A stretch of DNA of 64,000 bases from positions 3,660,001-3,724,000 of the forward strand of contig NC_045697.1 in assembly GCF_009834535.1 (NCBI RefSeq), given 5' to 3'. Under the pieces are notes generated by a model, which worked only from the letters and a program-made list of their open reading frames with translations, did not search any database and was not told the origin of the DNA. Made by a program: the position numbers and the translations under genes. Source of the DNA: Camelus ferus (taxonomy: Eukaryota). Positions 40,345 through 51,766 of this stretch are shown here, piece by piece (positions within the stretch are counted from its first letter, which is position 1; each line of letters opens with the position of its first letter).

Positions 40345-40680
40345 AAGGCTGACTCTCCCCCTACCCCTATATATATTTAAGGCCTAACCCCCAGGCTTAG
40401 AATGTGACTGTATATGGAAATGTGATCTTTAAAGAGGGGATTAAGGTAAAATGAGGCCATTAGAGTGGGTCCTGATTCCGTATGATTGGAGTCCTTATAA
40501 GAAGAGATGGGGAAACAGATACAAAGAGGAGACGGCCATCGATAAGCCAAGGAGAGAGGCCTCAGGAGGAACCAACCCTACTGGTCCCTTGATCTTGGAC
40601 ATCCAGCCTCCAAAACTGTGAGAGAATGCATTCTTCCAGTCTGTGGCACTTTGTTATGGGGGCCCTAGGGGGCTAACACA
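40345..40680 (+). mobile_element. MaLR LTR (MLT1A/B-like)
   Basis: AATGTGACTGTATATGGAAATGTGATCTTTAAAGAGG...GTCCTTATAAGAAGAG...CTTGATCTTGGACATCCAGCCTCCAAAACTGTGAGA...CTAACACA. Confidence 0.85.
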
Positions 40681-42917
40681 CCTGCCCTCGAGGAACTTGA
40701 CATCTGACAAGTGCACTAGGTATCACCCAATTCAGAAGCTCCACATCGCTGATTCAGAGCTCTGGTTCTCTGGGTATAAAATATATATAAATATTAGGTT
40801 CCTGGAGATCCATGAGCAGAGACCATGGATAGTCAGCTCAGAATTATCGCTACATACAACTCCCCAACATCCCCAAGCCCACAGACACAGCACAGAGCAG
40901 GTGTGGAAAAGGGCTGGGGTGGAGGTGGGCAGTGCTGATCTACAGACTAACAGAGACAAAGCTGAACAAACTGGGCCCGGCTGCAGGGGAGTCATGTTCT
41001 CGTCCATTGATGCATCAAAGGCGAAGTTCCAGTGCCGTGAGGGAAGGAGTGCAGGTGAGCTGAACTTAAAATAAGTATCCTAAGCACGTGATTCCCCAGA
41101 AACAGTAAAACTGGGACAGGGCACAGCACACTCCCAGTGGGGTAGCAGGACACCATGACCCCAGAGGCAGAGACCTGTATTCTGTCATTGGGATCCACCT
41201 CCAGATCACACCTCGAGACCCAGAACCTGGAGCCTCTGAGCACAACCCGTCCTGCAGCCATCAAAGGTAACGCCACTTGGTTTCATTGAAACGTTTAATT
41301 CCACACCTAACAATTTGTTTCTACAGCTAAATGTCAGACAGAAAGGCAGTGTCTGGACTTCCCAGCAAGCCGCCTTCCCTATCTCCACGGGGAACAGGAG
41401 GGAACCAAGCCTTTGGAAGAAAAACGCACATAGGTTCCCAGCGCCTCAGCGACAGGGGCTTGTCTCGGAACCAGCTTGAATTCCTTTCTGCAGATGCTCT
41501 AAAATACCATTTTCAAAAGTCGGTCCCTCTCACCAAATGTTTTTTTTTAATACACCTGACATGGTAAACTCTTTCTCTGATCACACTGACTACATCCGCA
41601 GAGCGTAGCTTCTCGGGTCCAGATACCTGAGCAAATTAAGTGAAATAAAGTTTTGAAAAGACTCTGCTCAGCAAGTCTGTCTCAAGTTCGTTTCTTTTCT
41701 GTTGTAGTTTTCAAAGATGGTCCTTTAAAGTGGAGGTGAACCAAGTGCAGAATCCTGGCTAAAGTCTTTGGCCCTGAGACTGCCAGAGAGAGCAAAGGGT
41801 GATTCTGAAACACTTCACATGCCAAGAAAACAATGCTACCCATGCGCAGAATAACCAATGCGAAAAATGGTTTTACTTGGCGCTTGCTTACAGCTTTCAC
41901 TCCTCTTGAGTTTTCCCCAGGCAAGTGAAAGTCTTAAAGCATCACCTGCTCTCCAAGCCAAGGGATGATGCGCTTTTGCAGAGAGAGCTCCAGTATCCCT
42001 AACTTCCCATTCCAGAGAATGGGTGAGCAGGGGCGGGACGCGGGAGGAGGAGGTGCTTGAGCCAAAAGCCTGAGTCAGCATCTCCAGGTGGCTGGCCTTC
42101 TCCCACCCACAGACTCGGACCCTTGCTAATAGCAACAAGTACTCCGGCTTCCGCTCCAAAGTGTCTGCTGAGTGCCAGGCCACGCCCTGCTCTCCACTGT
42201 CAGCCTTGCCTCCCATTTTGCAGTGACCAGGGGAGAGCTGCAACTGTCAAAGCTCCTCTCCAGATCTGGTCTTCCTACCTGCCACTAAAAAGAAGCCGGC
42301 AACCCCTCTTATAGTCCCCACTTCTAAGCCCCACCCCACCCCACCCATGCACCTGCCCAGTAAACAGCAAACAGTCACAGAGGAGTCCCTAAGCTCAGCC
42401 ACTGTCCCCAAGGAGCAAAGCCAGGTGGGCTCCTTTCCACCAGGCCCTGCCCCCCAGTGCCCCAGCCCCTCCCGCCCAGACCCCTCCTCAGTCTCTCCAA
42501 GGAAGCTCTGCACTCAGAATGGGGGTGGGCGGGCTGGGTGTCAGTGAGGCCTGAGGGTGCTTGTCCCACCTGAGAGGCTGGTCCCCACCCTTCAGTGTCT
42601 CTCTCTCCTTTCACCACCACCTCCCCACCGAAGCTGGGCGATTTAGATATTCGGGCTTTACAGGACTGACTGTCAATCACGTGTTCCTTGGAGTTACTGG
42701 TGTTGCGTCGGGGTTTCCTCGCAGTCCCTGTGTTACAGCTTACAGTACACGCGACGTGGTTTGCTGCCCAGCGTTGGGACGTAATGAAGGGCGGGCTCCA
42801 GCTGCCCATCTGGGGTCTGACCTCTCTCACAGGCCGCTCAACGGGATGGCCCCCCAGGGCTCTTCCAGGGAGGAGGCCCTGATACCCTCCTCAAACACCG
42901 CCCTCAGGGCCCTGACG

Positions 42918-42934
42918 ACTGCCCCCTGCTGGCA
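42918..42934 (-). promoter_or_regulatory. CTCF core motif
   Basis: Minus strand reads TGCCAGCAGGGGGCAGT, a near-perfect core match. Confidence 0.55.
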
Positions 42935-44415
42935 GGCGGTGCCCAGGGCGTCAGCTCCACCCCCGCCCCTCCCCCCAGGGCTTCTCGTCTGACTGGAGAT
43001 GGCAGAAAAGACCAGAGACTTGGCGTCTGCGCGAGAAGCTGGTAGCGGAGGGAGCCCGGCAGGGCACTGGACTCTAGGCCAGTCAGGCCCATCCAGTGCT
43101 GCCCCCTGCCCCAACATATTCATCCACTCACCCTACCCCTTTTCCAGCAGAATTCCCCACCTCAGAGCCCCCCAGCAAGGCTAGACAGAGGAGGTGGGTA
43201 AAAGCGTCTCCCAGCTCAGCAGCCCTACCCTGACTAAAGCAGCGCATGGATCCTCACCCCTCCACTGCCAATAGTCCTGGCCCTATGCTGCGTCCTCGGA
43301 ACTTTGGCGAGCAGTGGTCAAGGAGAAGAGCTGAGGGTCAGCCATTGGACAGTGAGTGGACACTGATGGAAGGGAATGAGGAGGGGCTCCCATCTCCTCT
43401 CCCCATTCCATCAGCACCCACCCCCCACCCACACACACAGCTGCCACCTCCCTGCACCACTCCCTCTCCCCAACTAGAAATGACCCAGGTAGGGCTGCCT
43501 GGAGGCGACCCCATCGTGATCATGGGTCATCTGATCGGGCAGGAACAGAGCGGGATGGGAGGGTAAGAATATGAGGGTGTCCCTATACCCTGGGACACAC
43601 CACCAAAAAGGAAGAGGCAGGATGCTGTGGTGGAAGGAGGCACTGGAAGACCCTAACAGAAGTGGCCTTGCAGGGCAGGGGATGGCCAACTCCCAGCTGG
43701 AGCGAGGCCAAAATAGCCTCGAAGGTGGGGAGGGCAGGGAGAGAAGGGAGTTTGTGCCACAGGTCTGGAGTGCAGCGTGGAGCCCAACTCCGTGTGTACA
43801 CAGATCCCGGCGCATCCAGGTGCGTCCGGTGGCCAGGTCCTCAAGGCAGCCACCAGTCAGACTACAGGAATCTGGGGAGAGGGGTGGCCCCAGAATCGAG
43901 GGTCCCAGAATCGGACGCCAGGCTGACCCAGGACGTCCTGGAGCCCGTGGAGGTGCCACAAGAGAGGTCCCAAGTAGACTAGGGTAGAGAGGGTCCTGGA
44001 GCCAAAAATCCTAAAGCAACACGGAGAGGACCCGGTGGAGTCCGAAGGAGATAGAGACGCAACACCGAGTTGGGAGCGATCCTGAAGTGCCTAGGGGCGC
44101 CCCATGGCAGCCAGGGTCCTGAAACCTCTGGAGACACCCCCTCAACCTGGAATCTGGAGGCCAGAGGGGGTGCTCCTGAGGTGGCTCGGAGTCTTGGAAA
44201 TCAGTGAAAAATGTCCCCCGAGGTGAGGCCGGATGCCCACATATCTGGGGACCTCTTCCCAAGTAACCGGTGGCCAGGGGCCCGTAGGGGCGCCGCCGAG
44301 ATGACTCGCGTCCCCGTCTCTGAGGATGCCCGGGGTGACAGCCGGGCCGTGCGGAAGTGGGGGGCTCCGAGGTGTCCGGGGAAGGGCCCGCGGGGGGCGC
44401 GCGGAGGTCACTTAC

Positions 44416-44907
44416 GCTGCTGTTCTCCCCCGTCCAGTGCACCATCGCCTGGTTGTGCGTCGCGTCCCCTTTGAGCACGAACGACGTGCTGATGAGCGAG
44501 ACCTGCGCCCGTGAAGCTGCTCCGGCCAGCGGCGCCGCCCGCGCCCAGCGCCCCTCGCCCGCAGCGAGGGAGCCGTCCTCGCCGGGACCCGGAGCGGGAC
44601 TGGGACCCGGAGCGGGACCGGGACCTGGAGCGCCGGGTTCCACGCCGTGCGCCTGCCGGTCCTTGCCGCCGCCGGGCAGCGCACGCCCCGGCCGGCTCGG
44701 CGGCGCCCGGATCAGCCGGGCGCGGGGACCCAGGCGCCCGGGCTCCGGAGAGCGCCCCGCCGCCCCGCAGGCGGCCAGCAGCAGCAGCAGCAGCAGAAGC
44801 AGCCGCGATCGCGGCGAGCGCATCGGCGGCGGCGGCGCCCAGGGGCTCGGGGCTTGGGCGGCGGAGCCGGGGCCCTTCGGGACTCGCGGGGGCCCTCGGT
44901 GCGCCAT
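44416..44907 (-). CDS. SORCS2: SORCS2 coding exon 1 (164 codons): signal peptide, Pro/Gly-rich propeptide region and start of the VPS10 domain
   Basis: Translation MAHRGPPRVPKGPG...RSRLLLLLLLLLAACGAAGRSPEPGRLG...RAQVSLISTSFVLKGDATHNQAMVHWTGENSS matches the mammalian SorCS2 N-terminus as I recall it. ATG at 44907 has a strong Kozak context (ACCATGG). The exon ends at a canonical phase-0 donor AGC|GTAAGT (GT at 44415-44414). Confidence 0.97.
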
Positions 44908-45068
44908 GGTCGCCGAGGGGCGGCGGCGGAGCGACACGGGCGAGGGAGACCGCGGCCGGGAGAGTGGAGGGCGCTGGGGAGCGAGAGCGCAGAGCCGGCG
45001 AGGGGAGGGAGCCGGCGGGAGGAGGGGACTCGCCGCTCAGCCGCCACCACCCGCGCAGCCGATGGCGC

Positions 45069-45086
45069 ACCGCCACCTGCCGGCCA
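45069..45086 (-). promoter_or_regulatory. CTCF core motif
   Basis: Minus strand reads TGGCCGGCAGGTGGCGGT, close to the consensus TGGCCACCAGGGGGCGCT. Confidence 0.55.
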
Positions 45087-45626
45087 GCCCCGCGCCCGCC
45101 AGAGCGAGCGCCAGCCGTTGGAGACCAGGGCCTGGAGGTCCTGGAGCTCGCCCCCACACTGTGCGGCCACAGGCCACAGATCCCTCTCTTCCCTTCCTTG
45201 CTCCTTCCCTCCCTCCCTCCCTTCTCTCCCGCCCTCTGGCCTTCCTCCCAACCTTTCTTCCTTTATTTACTAAGAACCTACTCCGGGCCAGCCAAGTTCC
45301 AGGCCCTGGGGATACAGAGGTGAGCAGAGCCAGGTGCCTGTCCCTGCAAAACAGATCACACTCAAGTGAACATGTTCATGGACAGAATCACTCCAGGGAG
45401 CCAGAACTAAGCCAGACTGTAAGGGGGGGAGGGTTGCTCTCCTGTAGGGGCCTCTGAAAGGCTGACAATGGAGACAGAACCCAGCATCTGGAATATCCAG
45501 CAAGAGACCCTGGCAGGCAGCGGGAGTACTGTGAAGACCCGAAAGCAGCTTCCAGCTCACCTGGCTGACCCCCGTGCAGCCACGCCTGTGGCTTATGCTT
45601 CTGCACAGTCACTGCAGACTTTATGT

Positions 45627-45653
45627 CCCAACCCCAACCCCAACCCCAACCCC
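45627..45653 (-). repeat. (TTGGGG)n tract, four G4 runs plus a GGG
   Basis: Plus strand reads CCCAACCCCAACCCCAACCCCAACCCC. Confidence 0.9.
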
Positions 45654-48600
45654 AGGGGCCAGAGGGCGAGGACAGGGTCCCACTCAGGGCAGCGCCTGGC
45701 AGGCCGCAGTGCGGACTGTGGAAATGGAGGCCCAGAGCACAGAAAGTCTCCACCAAGGTCAAGAACCTACTTTAGACAGATTTCAATGTGACCTCGTTGA
45801 GCACCCACCACGTGCTCCACGTTGGCCTCAGGGAAAAGAGACAGGAGGGGGAGCTTCTCCGAGGCAAGGTCAGAGTCAGGGTCAGCTTTGCATCCTTTGC
45901 CCGGCCAGGGGCCACCCTGCCTCCATCCCAACCTGGTGGCCCTGACATTAGATAAAAATCCTCAGGCCCAGGGTTCCTGTCACATCCACCTCCCAGCTGG
46001 GTCTCTTTGCTCCAGAGAGAGAGAGCCTAACAGGGCAGAGGAGCAAAGCCACGAACGTTCAGGAAAGATAGAGAGTAGGGCTTCCGTCTGGCCCCCAGAG
46101 CTCAAGCACCCAGCACCCTCTCTTCTGCTTGCTCACCCCAGGTTCACCGCCGGGAGTCATACCCCGTAACAGACTGGGCCCACCCTGCCCGGCACTGGGG
46201 TGGGGAACAGGGGCGTGGCTAGATGTCTAAGAAGTTGGATACCTTGGAATGTGCCCTCGCCCCTTCCACGGTGTAAATTCCCAACGTGTCAGATGCGAAA
46301 TTTCCAGCTCAGGCCCAGGGCCAGGGGAGAAGGGGGAGTCAGCAGCTGTGGGAACATCTGGTCCAGCACAGGGAGCAGAGAACAGAACAGGGTCAGTGCA
46401 GGGCTGATGGGGGGGGGGTGACGAGGCAAACAGGGAGGGGGCACTGCAAAGAAGCTTACAAACAAACCAATACTGCAGACAGTGGCTGGCAGGGAAGGCA
46501 CTGCATGGCAGTCAGAGGAGAGCGCGCCTGTCCAAGATTAGACACAAGTTCGCCAACGGGCCCTCTGACACTGGCTGAATGTCCACCTCCCCAGCTGTAA
46601 AGGGAGGGGGCCTGCACCATCTCCAATGACTCTTCCAGTCATTTTGTTTTGTTTTGTTTTGTCTTGTTTTTCAATAAAGGAAGGTCTCTAAGTATTGTCC
46701 TCAAGAAAACTGGACACTGACAGATTACTGAGCTCCTACTACATGCTGGGCTTCCCCAGGGGCTGGCTGTGTTCTGGAAAAGAAGACGAGGCCTCTGCTC
46801 TTGGGGTGGGTGATGTTGCAGGTGAGCATATGTAATTCTCACCACCAGGCTGTGGGACAGGTATGATGGTCCCCATCTTACAGACCAGGAGACAGACTCA
46901 GAGTGGTGACTGCTTAAGGTCCCCTGGCCAGAGTCAGAGGCCAGACTCCAGGCCGGTTTTCTGGCCCCAAAGTGGCGCTCTTTCCACCCCGTCCCCATCA
47001 CTTGCCATCCAAGCAGGGCTCTGGGCAGCTTACCCCTCTGAGGCTTGGAAAGAGCTCACCAGAGGGAGCCTAATATGGATACACACGGCCCCCAGGCTCA
47101 GAGGGAGGCCACATCATTAGTGACTTGGTTCATGTCCCAACAAGTTGGGGAGAGGGTCCAGGCCTGGAATGTCATGACGCCTCACCAGCACTCCTTCCAG
47201 AACAACTGGCTGCCTCTGCTCCAATAAGGCCCCAAGGCATTCAGAAGGGCAGGACTGACTCGTCCCTTCTCTGAATCCAAAGCTCAGCAATGTTGTGATT
47301 CCGTCCGGATCATCCAGCCCACAAACATTGCTGGACCAGGGACATAGTGAGGAGGGAGACACACGAGTCCCCTGTGCTGGGGAGGAGCACATGTCCTCGG
47401 ATCCCCAGGAAAGCCCAGACAGTGCTGCATACCCAGGAGAAAGTGCGGCAGGCCTGGGATGTGGACGGCAGGGGTGCTGGGGGCAGGTGACTGAGCCGAG
47501 AGGGAGAGGGGCTGGCGTGGGCACAGCAAGAGAGCTGTCAGCAGAGTGGGGAGCACTGCGCCCCAGCCCAGCCCGGAGCAGCTGGGCCTCCTGGGGAGGA
47601 AGGCGCTGGGCTTGATGTGTGTTCGCAGACGGCTGCAAAGCATCCGGCCAGGGGGTTTCTGGCAGGGGAGGGAGGCCAGTGGTGTTCTTCCAGCCATCAC
47701 TCTGCCCGCTGGGAGGACAGGTGCAGGAAGCTCCTCGGGTCATGACTGTCCAGGACCAGAGAGAGGCTGCAGTGCCTGGGCATGGGCCGGCAGCGACTGA
47801 GGAGGGGGCAGTGGAGGGAAACCCACTTCTGGGTGCCTCCCATCTCCTGTGCTCATCCACCTCTGTAACCCGCGGCAGGGACTCGGGGACTCCGATGCAA
47901 GGGAAAGACACGGTCAAGTGTGGAGAGCAAAGGAGAGCTTCAATCAGGCATCCAGTCTGACCCCCGCGTGCAAGGGAGTCTCCCGAGGCCACAGGGGCAG
48001 TGTCTGCAGTGCCCACTGAGCTGGCAAAGGGCACAGGAGGCAGCGGGGCATGAACGCTGATGGAGGCATTGGCCTGGGAGCTGGGCCACACGTGGACGCT
48101 GGGGCTCAGCGCCCAGCCTCAAGGTGCATGGAATAAATATTAAACCCTCTTGAGGGTCTCTAACACCTGATTCTTCACAACACCAAGATCCTAAGGCAGC
48201 CATCCGCCCTCCTCAGCTCTGTGCAGGGCACTGGGATCCAGATGGAATCTGACCTGGTCCCACTCCTGAAGCACTCACCATCTGATGGGGGAGGCACACG
48301 GGTAAACAGACAGTGACATCAGGGAAACACAAGCTCCCAAGGAGGTGTCTGGGGGCCAAAGGAAGGGGGAGCTGCCGTCTGGGGCTTTGGAAGGAAGGCT
48401 GCTTGAGGGGCCGCCCTTCAATCCATCCTTCCAGGTGACAGTAGCAACAGTAACTGACATTACCACTTGTGAGCCTCCTCTGCGCCAGGCACTGTCCTAG
48501 ACGAACTCACTGAACCTCTGACCTCTGTGAAGGGTAAGTATTATTTTCCCCAGCTTAAAGATGAGGAAGGTGAAGCTACACAGGGGGCCAGTAATTCACC

Positions 48601-48719
48601 CAAAGGACTCAAAGGCCCACGTCCTCATGTACCAACTGGGTGCCCTGAGCGTGTCCCAACCTCACCTCTGTGTTTCATAAATTGCCTCACCTGTAAAATG
48701 GACCAGCACCGCCCAGAAT

Positions 48720-49030
48720 CAGGGCTCCCAATGTGTCATCCCTGGACCAGTGGCATCAGCATTCATGGGAACTGGTTATAAAGCTGATTTCTGGGCCCAC
48801 CCCAGACCTACAGAACCAGAAACTCTGGGGTGGGGCCCCGATCCAAGGCCCTCTGGGTGGTTCTGACACACCCATGGTTCTCAGTCCGGGCTGCACATTA
48901 GAATCACGTGGAGAACTTTAGAAAAATACCAGTGTCCGAGATCCAACCCTGACCTCTCTATCTCTGGTGGGGAGGGGCCTCTCTAAACTCCCAGGTGATT
49001 CGAATGTGCAGCGAGCCCTGAGCCACCAGC
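48720..49030. mobile_element. Two adjacent MER5A-like elements
   Basis: CATCAGCATTCATGGGAACTGGTT...CAGAAACTCTGGGGTGGGGCCC and GGTTCTCAGTCCGGGCTGCACATTAGAATCAC...CTCCCAGGTGATTC. Confidence 0.65.
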
Positions 49031-51231
49031 CTGCAACACAGCCTTTTATAAGGATTCGAGAGAGAACAGGTGCCAAGCACCTGGCACGTGGTTGGATCAC
49101 AGTAAGCGGTACCTTTCCTGAGAGCTTAAGTGGGAGCCCCTGGTACCCCAGTCCAAATCTTTTCGCTTCAAGATCCACACGTGCTTCCCCGTTCCAAGAC
49201 AATGCTCCCATCCAAAAAGGAGAAGAAGTACTTTCTCTCCAACTTTTAATCAGACCATTTGCTCGTTAAAAGTTTCAAGCTGTTTTAAATTATCAAAGCT
49301 CTCTAGTGATCATGTTTTAATTTATCATTATAAACTTGACAAAGCTCAACGTATACGGCTCCCCGAGTGGGCCCGTCTCAGAGACGGTCAAGGGGTCCCT
49401 GAGCCACCCTCACCAGGGACGATGGGGGACCCGGCAGGAGGGAGACTGAGGGGACACGCTGTTGGGGGGCTGGATTCCACAGAGGGGAGCCCCAGGCGCT
49501 CCCTCAGACGCCCAGCCTGGCCTCCAGTGACACCTAGAAGTTTTGCAGCTGCTCCGGGCGGGAGGGCTGCGGCGGCCTGCAGCAAGTCTCCTGACGACTT
49601 TCCGGGAGTGACCAGGGCTAGAGGCGGTGGTTTCGAGAAGGATCAGGCTCCACAGTCTCACGGTCAGGTCGTCAGGGGAGACAGAGACAGCAGTGGGGAC
49701 GGCTGGTCAGGTTGTTAACTTGGGCCAGGAACAAAAGCCTGATCCTGAGACAGAAGGGAAACGTGTCCAGACATAGGAGGAAGACAAGGCCCCGCTGTGA
49801 GACAGCCGTTGGGCTGGCACCTTGAGCCAAGAGGGAGGGAGACAGGGAGGAGGGGGCGGCAGCCCCTCGGGTAGCGCGTTTTAAGGGGGTGGCGGTGGCG
49901 GTAGCAGTTGCTTTTTAGCAGAGGCAAGGACGTCCATCCACTGGAGAACCAGCGCTGTGGGTCGGCCAAACCCCTGATGTGTGAGAGGCCAGCCAGGCAG
50001 GAGGCCCAAAGTAGACAGAGGCCAGATGACAATCAGCCACTTCCCGGCCATCAGAGCTCTCTTGAATCACGGACACTGCAAAGCTAGCGCACTGCAAACA
50101 GGTTGGTCCATTTCTTCCGTTCATCAAATGTTTACTGAGCACCTGCTGTGTGCCTGGCATGATTCCAGGCCCCAGGGAGAAAGCAGGGAACGAACCGGAC
50201 CAAATCCCTGGCGGCATAAACGGGAGCTGGGGGAGAGATAGGGAAGAGTGCTCCCGGCAGAGGGACCAGGTGGGACGCGCCCTGGACGTTAGGGGAACCC
50301 CGGCTTCCACTGGCTGAGGGCAGGGAGGGGCGGGCAGGGCATGTGGAAACGGAGGCTCCCTGGTCCCTCGAGCATCCCCCACAGTGCTGGGGGAGCAGAC
50401 AATGACCAGAGCCGGTGCCCAGCCTCAGGACAGTCAGCACAGCGGTGGGGACGGGCCGGGCAGTGACGCTGCAGCACAAGTGGCGACACTCCCCCAGGGC
50501 CCTCCACCCCGGCTCTGCCCCGGGCGCTTGGCAGGGCTGCCTTGCTGTTGCCTCGGCTGTGCCTGGGGGACAGACCCACCATCATCTTTTCACGGAAGCG
50601 GGAACTGCGGCACCACTTGACACAGCAGAGGTGCTCGCCCGTGTGTCCACGAGCAGGGAGGGGGTGACAGCGGGCCGTGACCCACAGCACCCAGATGAAG
50701 AACTCATGTGTCCCCGTGTGCTAATGAGCACCAGGGGGTGGGGTGGGCCTGGGGTGGCCCCTCTGCCTCAGCTTTCACATCTTTAATCTTCCCCGACACT
50801 GTGCGGCTGGGATGATTATCAGCTCCATTGATTCCCAGTGAGACCAAGGCTCCCACAGTGACGGTGACCAGCCCACCCCATGCAGCCTGGAAGCACAGGC
50901 AGTGGGGCCTGAGCCCCCTGCTCCCCTCCTCTCTGCATGCCCCCACAAAGCCCTGTGCGGACAGATACTGGGGCAGTGAGCGGCTCTGGCCAGTGCTGGC
51001 AGGAGTGGGAGTGACTTTCTCCACCCTCACCACCCATGATGCCCCTTTCTTACTGGGTTGGAGTGTGGCTCAGAAGTGAGCCCTCAGGTCCTCAGAGCAT
51101 TATGGTTCGTGGTCATCTCCTGGTGACCCTGTAGGAGCCCCTACAGGCCTGGAGAAGTGGGATCCCCCGTCAGTCCATCTGGGGCCAGAGCCCAGTTTGG
51201 TCACTCCAGCAGACAGGGCAGAGGGGAGGAG

Positions 51232-51766
51232 CGTAGCCAGCTTTGGGCAGGAAAGAGCTCTCTACAGGAGACCCCTTTGTCACTACCCTTAAACCCAGCA
51301 CCCCATGCCCTACTGACCTCTGACCCTAGCACACATTTCAGATCTTTTGATCACACGATACCGTGCCTAACCTGTCGGTTCTTTCCGTAAACCAAAGAAG
51401 TAGAAATGAAGAATAAGTAATTGACAGATGACCAGATCCCCTCCCTGATCATCTCGTGAACAAACTATGCAAACAAGACAGTGTCTAAAGAAAAATCACG
51501 AGAAGTCAACAAGCCTGCACACACGGTGGGGGTGGTGATGACTCTGACCCGCGTTTCAATGATTAACTAAGATTTCTTCCCCTTTCCCTTTAAGAAACTT
51601 TCATGGTCAAGCAGAGTCTTTGGAGATGACCCTTGGGGGCTGCGGAGCCCACCACCTCCCTAGATGCCAGCACCGTGATTAAAAGCAGCTTTCCTTCTAC
51701 CAACAGTCACCTCTCCTGAGTATTGATTTCTGAGTGGAGAGCTGCTTGGGCCTGCGCTGGGTAACA
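51232..51766 (+). mobile_element. Solo LTR, ERV1-like (5' boundary uncertain)
   Basis: Ends GGTAACA, with a TATA-like CCCTTTAAGAA at ~51587 and ATTAAA at ~51678. Possible 4-bp TSD GGAG at 51228-51231 and 51767-51770. Confidence 0.55.

Larger units (their letters stand above)
1..44415 (-). other. SORCS2: SORCS2 intron 1 (continues beyond the window start)
   Basis: Begins at the GTAAGT donor. No ORF in the track resembles exon 2 (VILILTKYY..., recalled). SORCS2 intron 1 is known to be very long in mammals. Confidence 0.88.
44000..45180 (-). promoter_or_regulatory. SORCS2: CpG island / SORCS2 main promoter, 5'UTR and exon 1
   Basis: Very high GC and CpG density spanning exon 1. No obvious TATA box. 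The exact TSS cannot be read from sequence. Confidence 0.9.

Noticed and set aside
44012..44032. REST/RE1-like site TAAAGCAACACGGAGAGGACC
   Set aside because: Only 15/21 to consensus, and the TCAGCACC half-site is broken.
44011..44415. C-terminal extension of the 308-aa SORCS2 ORF (VSDLRAPP...)
   Set aside because: Read-through into intron 1 past a consensus GTAAGT donor; no SorCS2 similarity.
44357..45457. 366-aa plus-strand ORF and other long ORFs overlapping the island (44511-45323, 44647-45273, 44408-45157)
   Set aside because: Antisense or alternate-frame shadows of a stop-poor GC-rich exon. Low-complexity Ala/Gly/Pro/Arg content, running into an L2-like remnant.
47117..48091. 324-aa minus-strand ORF upstream of SORCS2
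   Set aside because: GTG start, Pro/Ser/Ala-rich, no recognisable family or exon structure.
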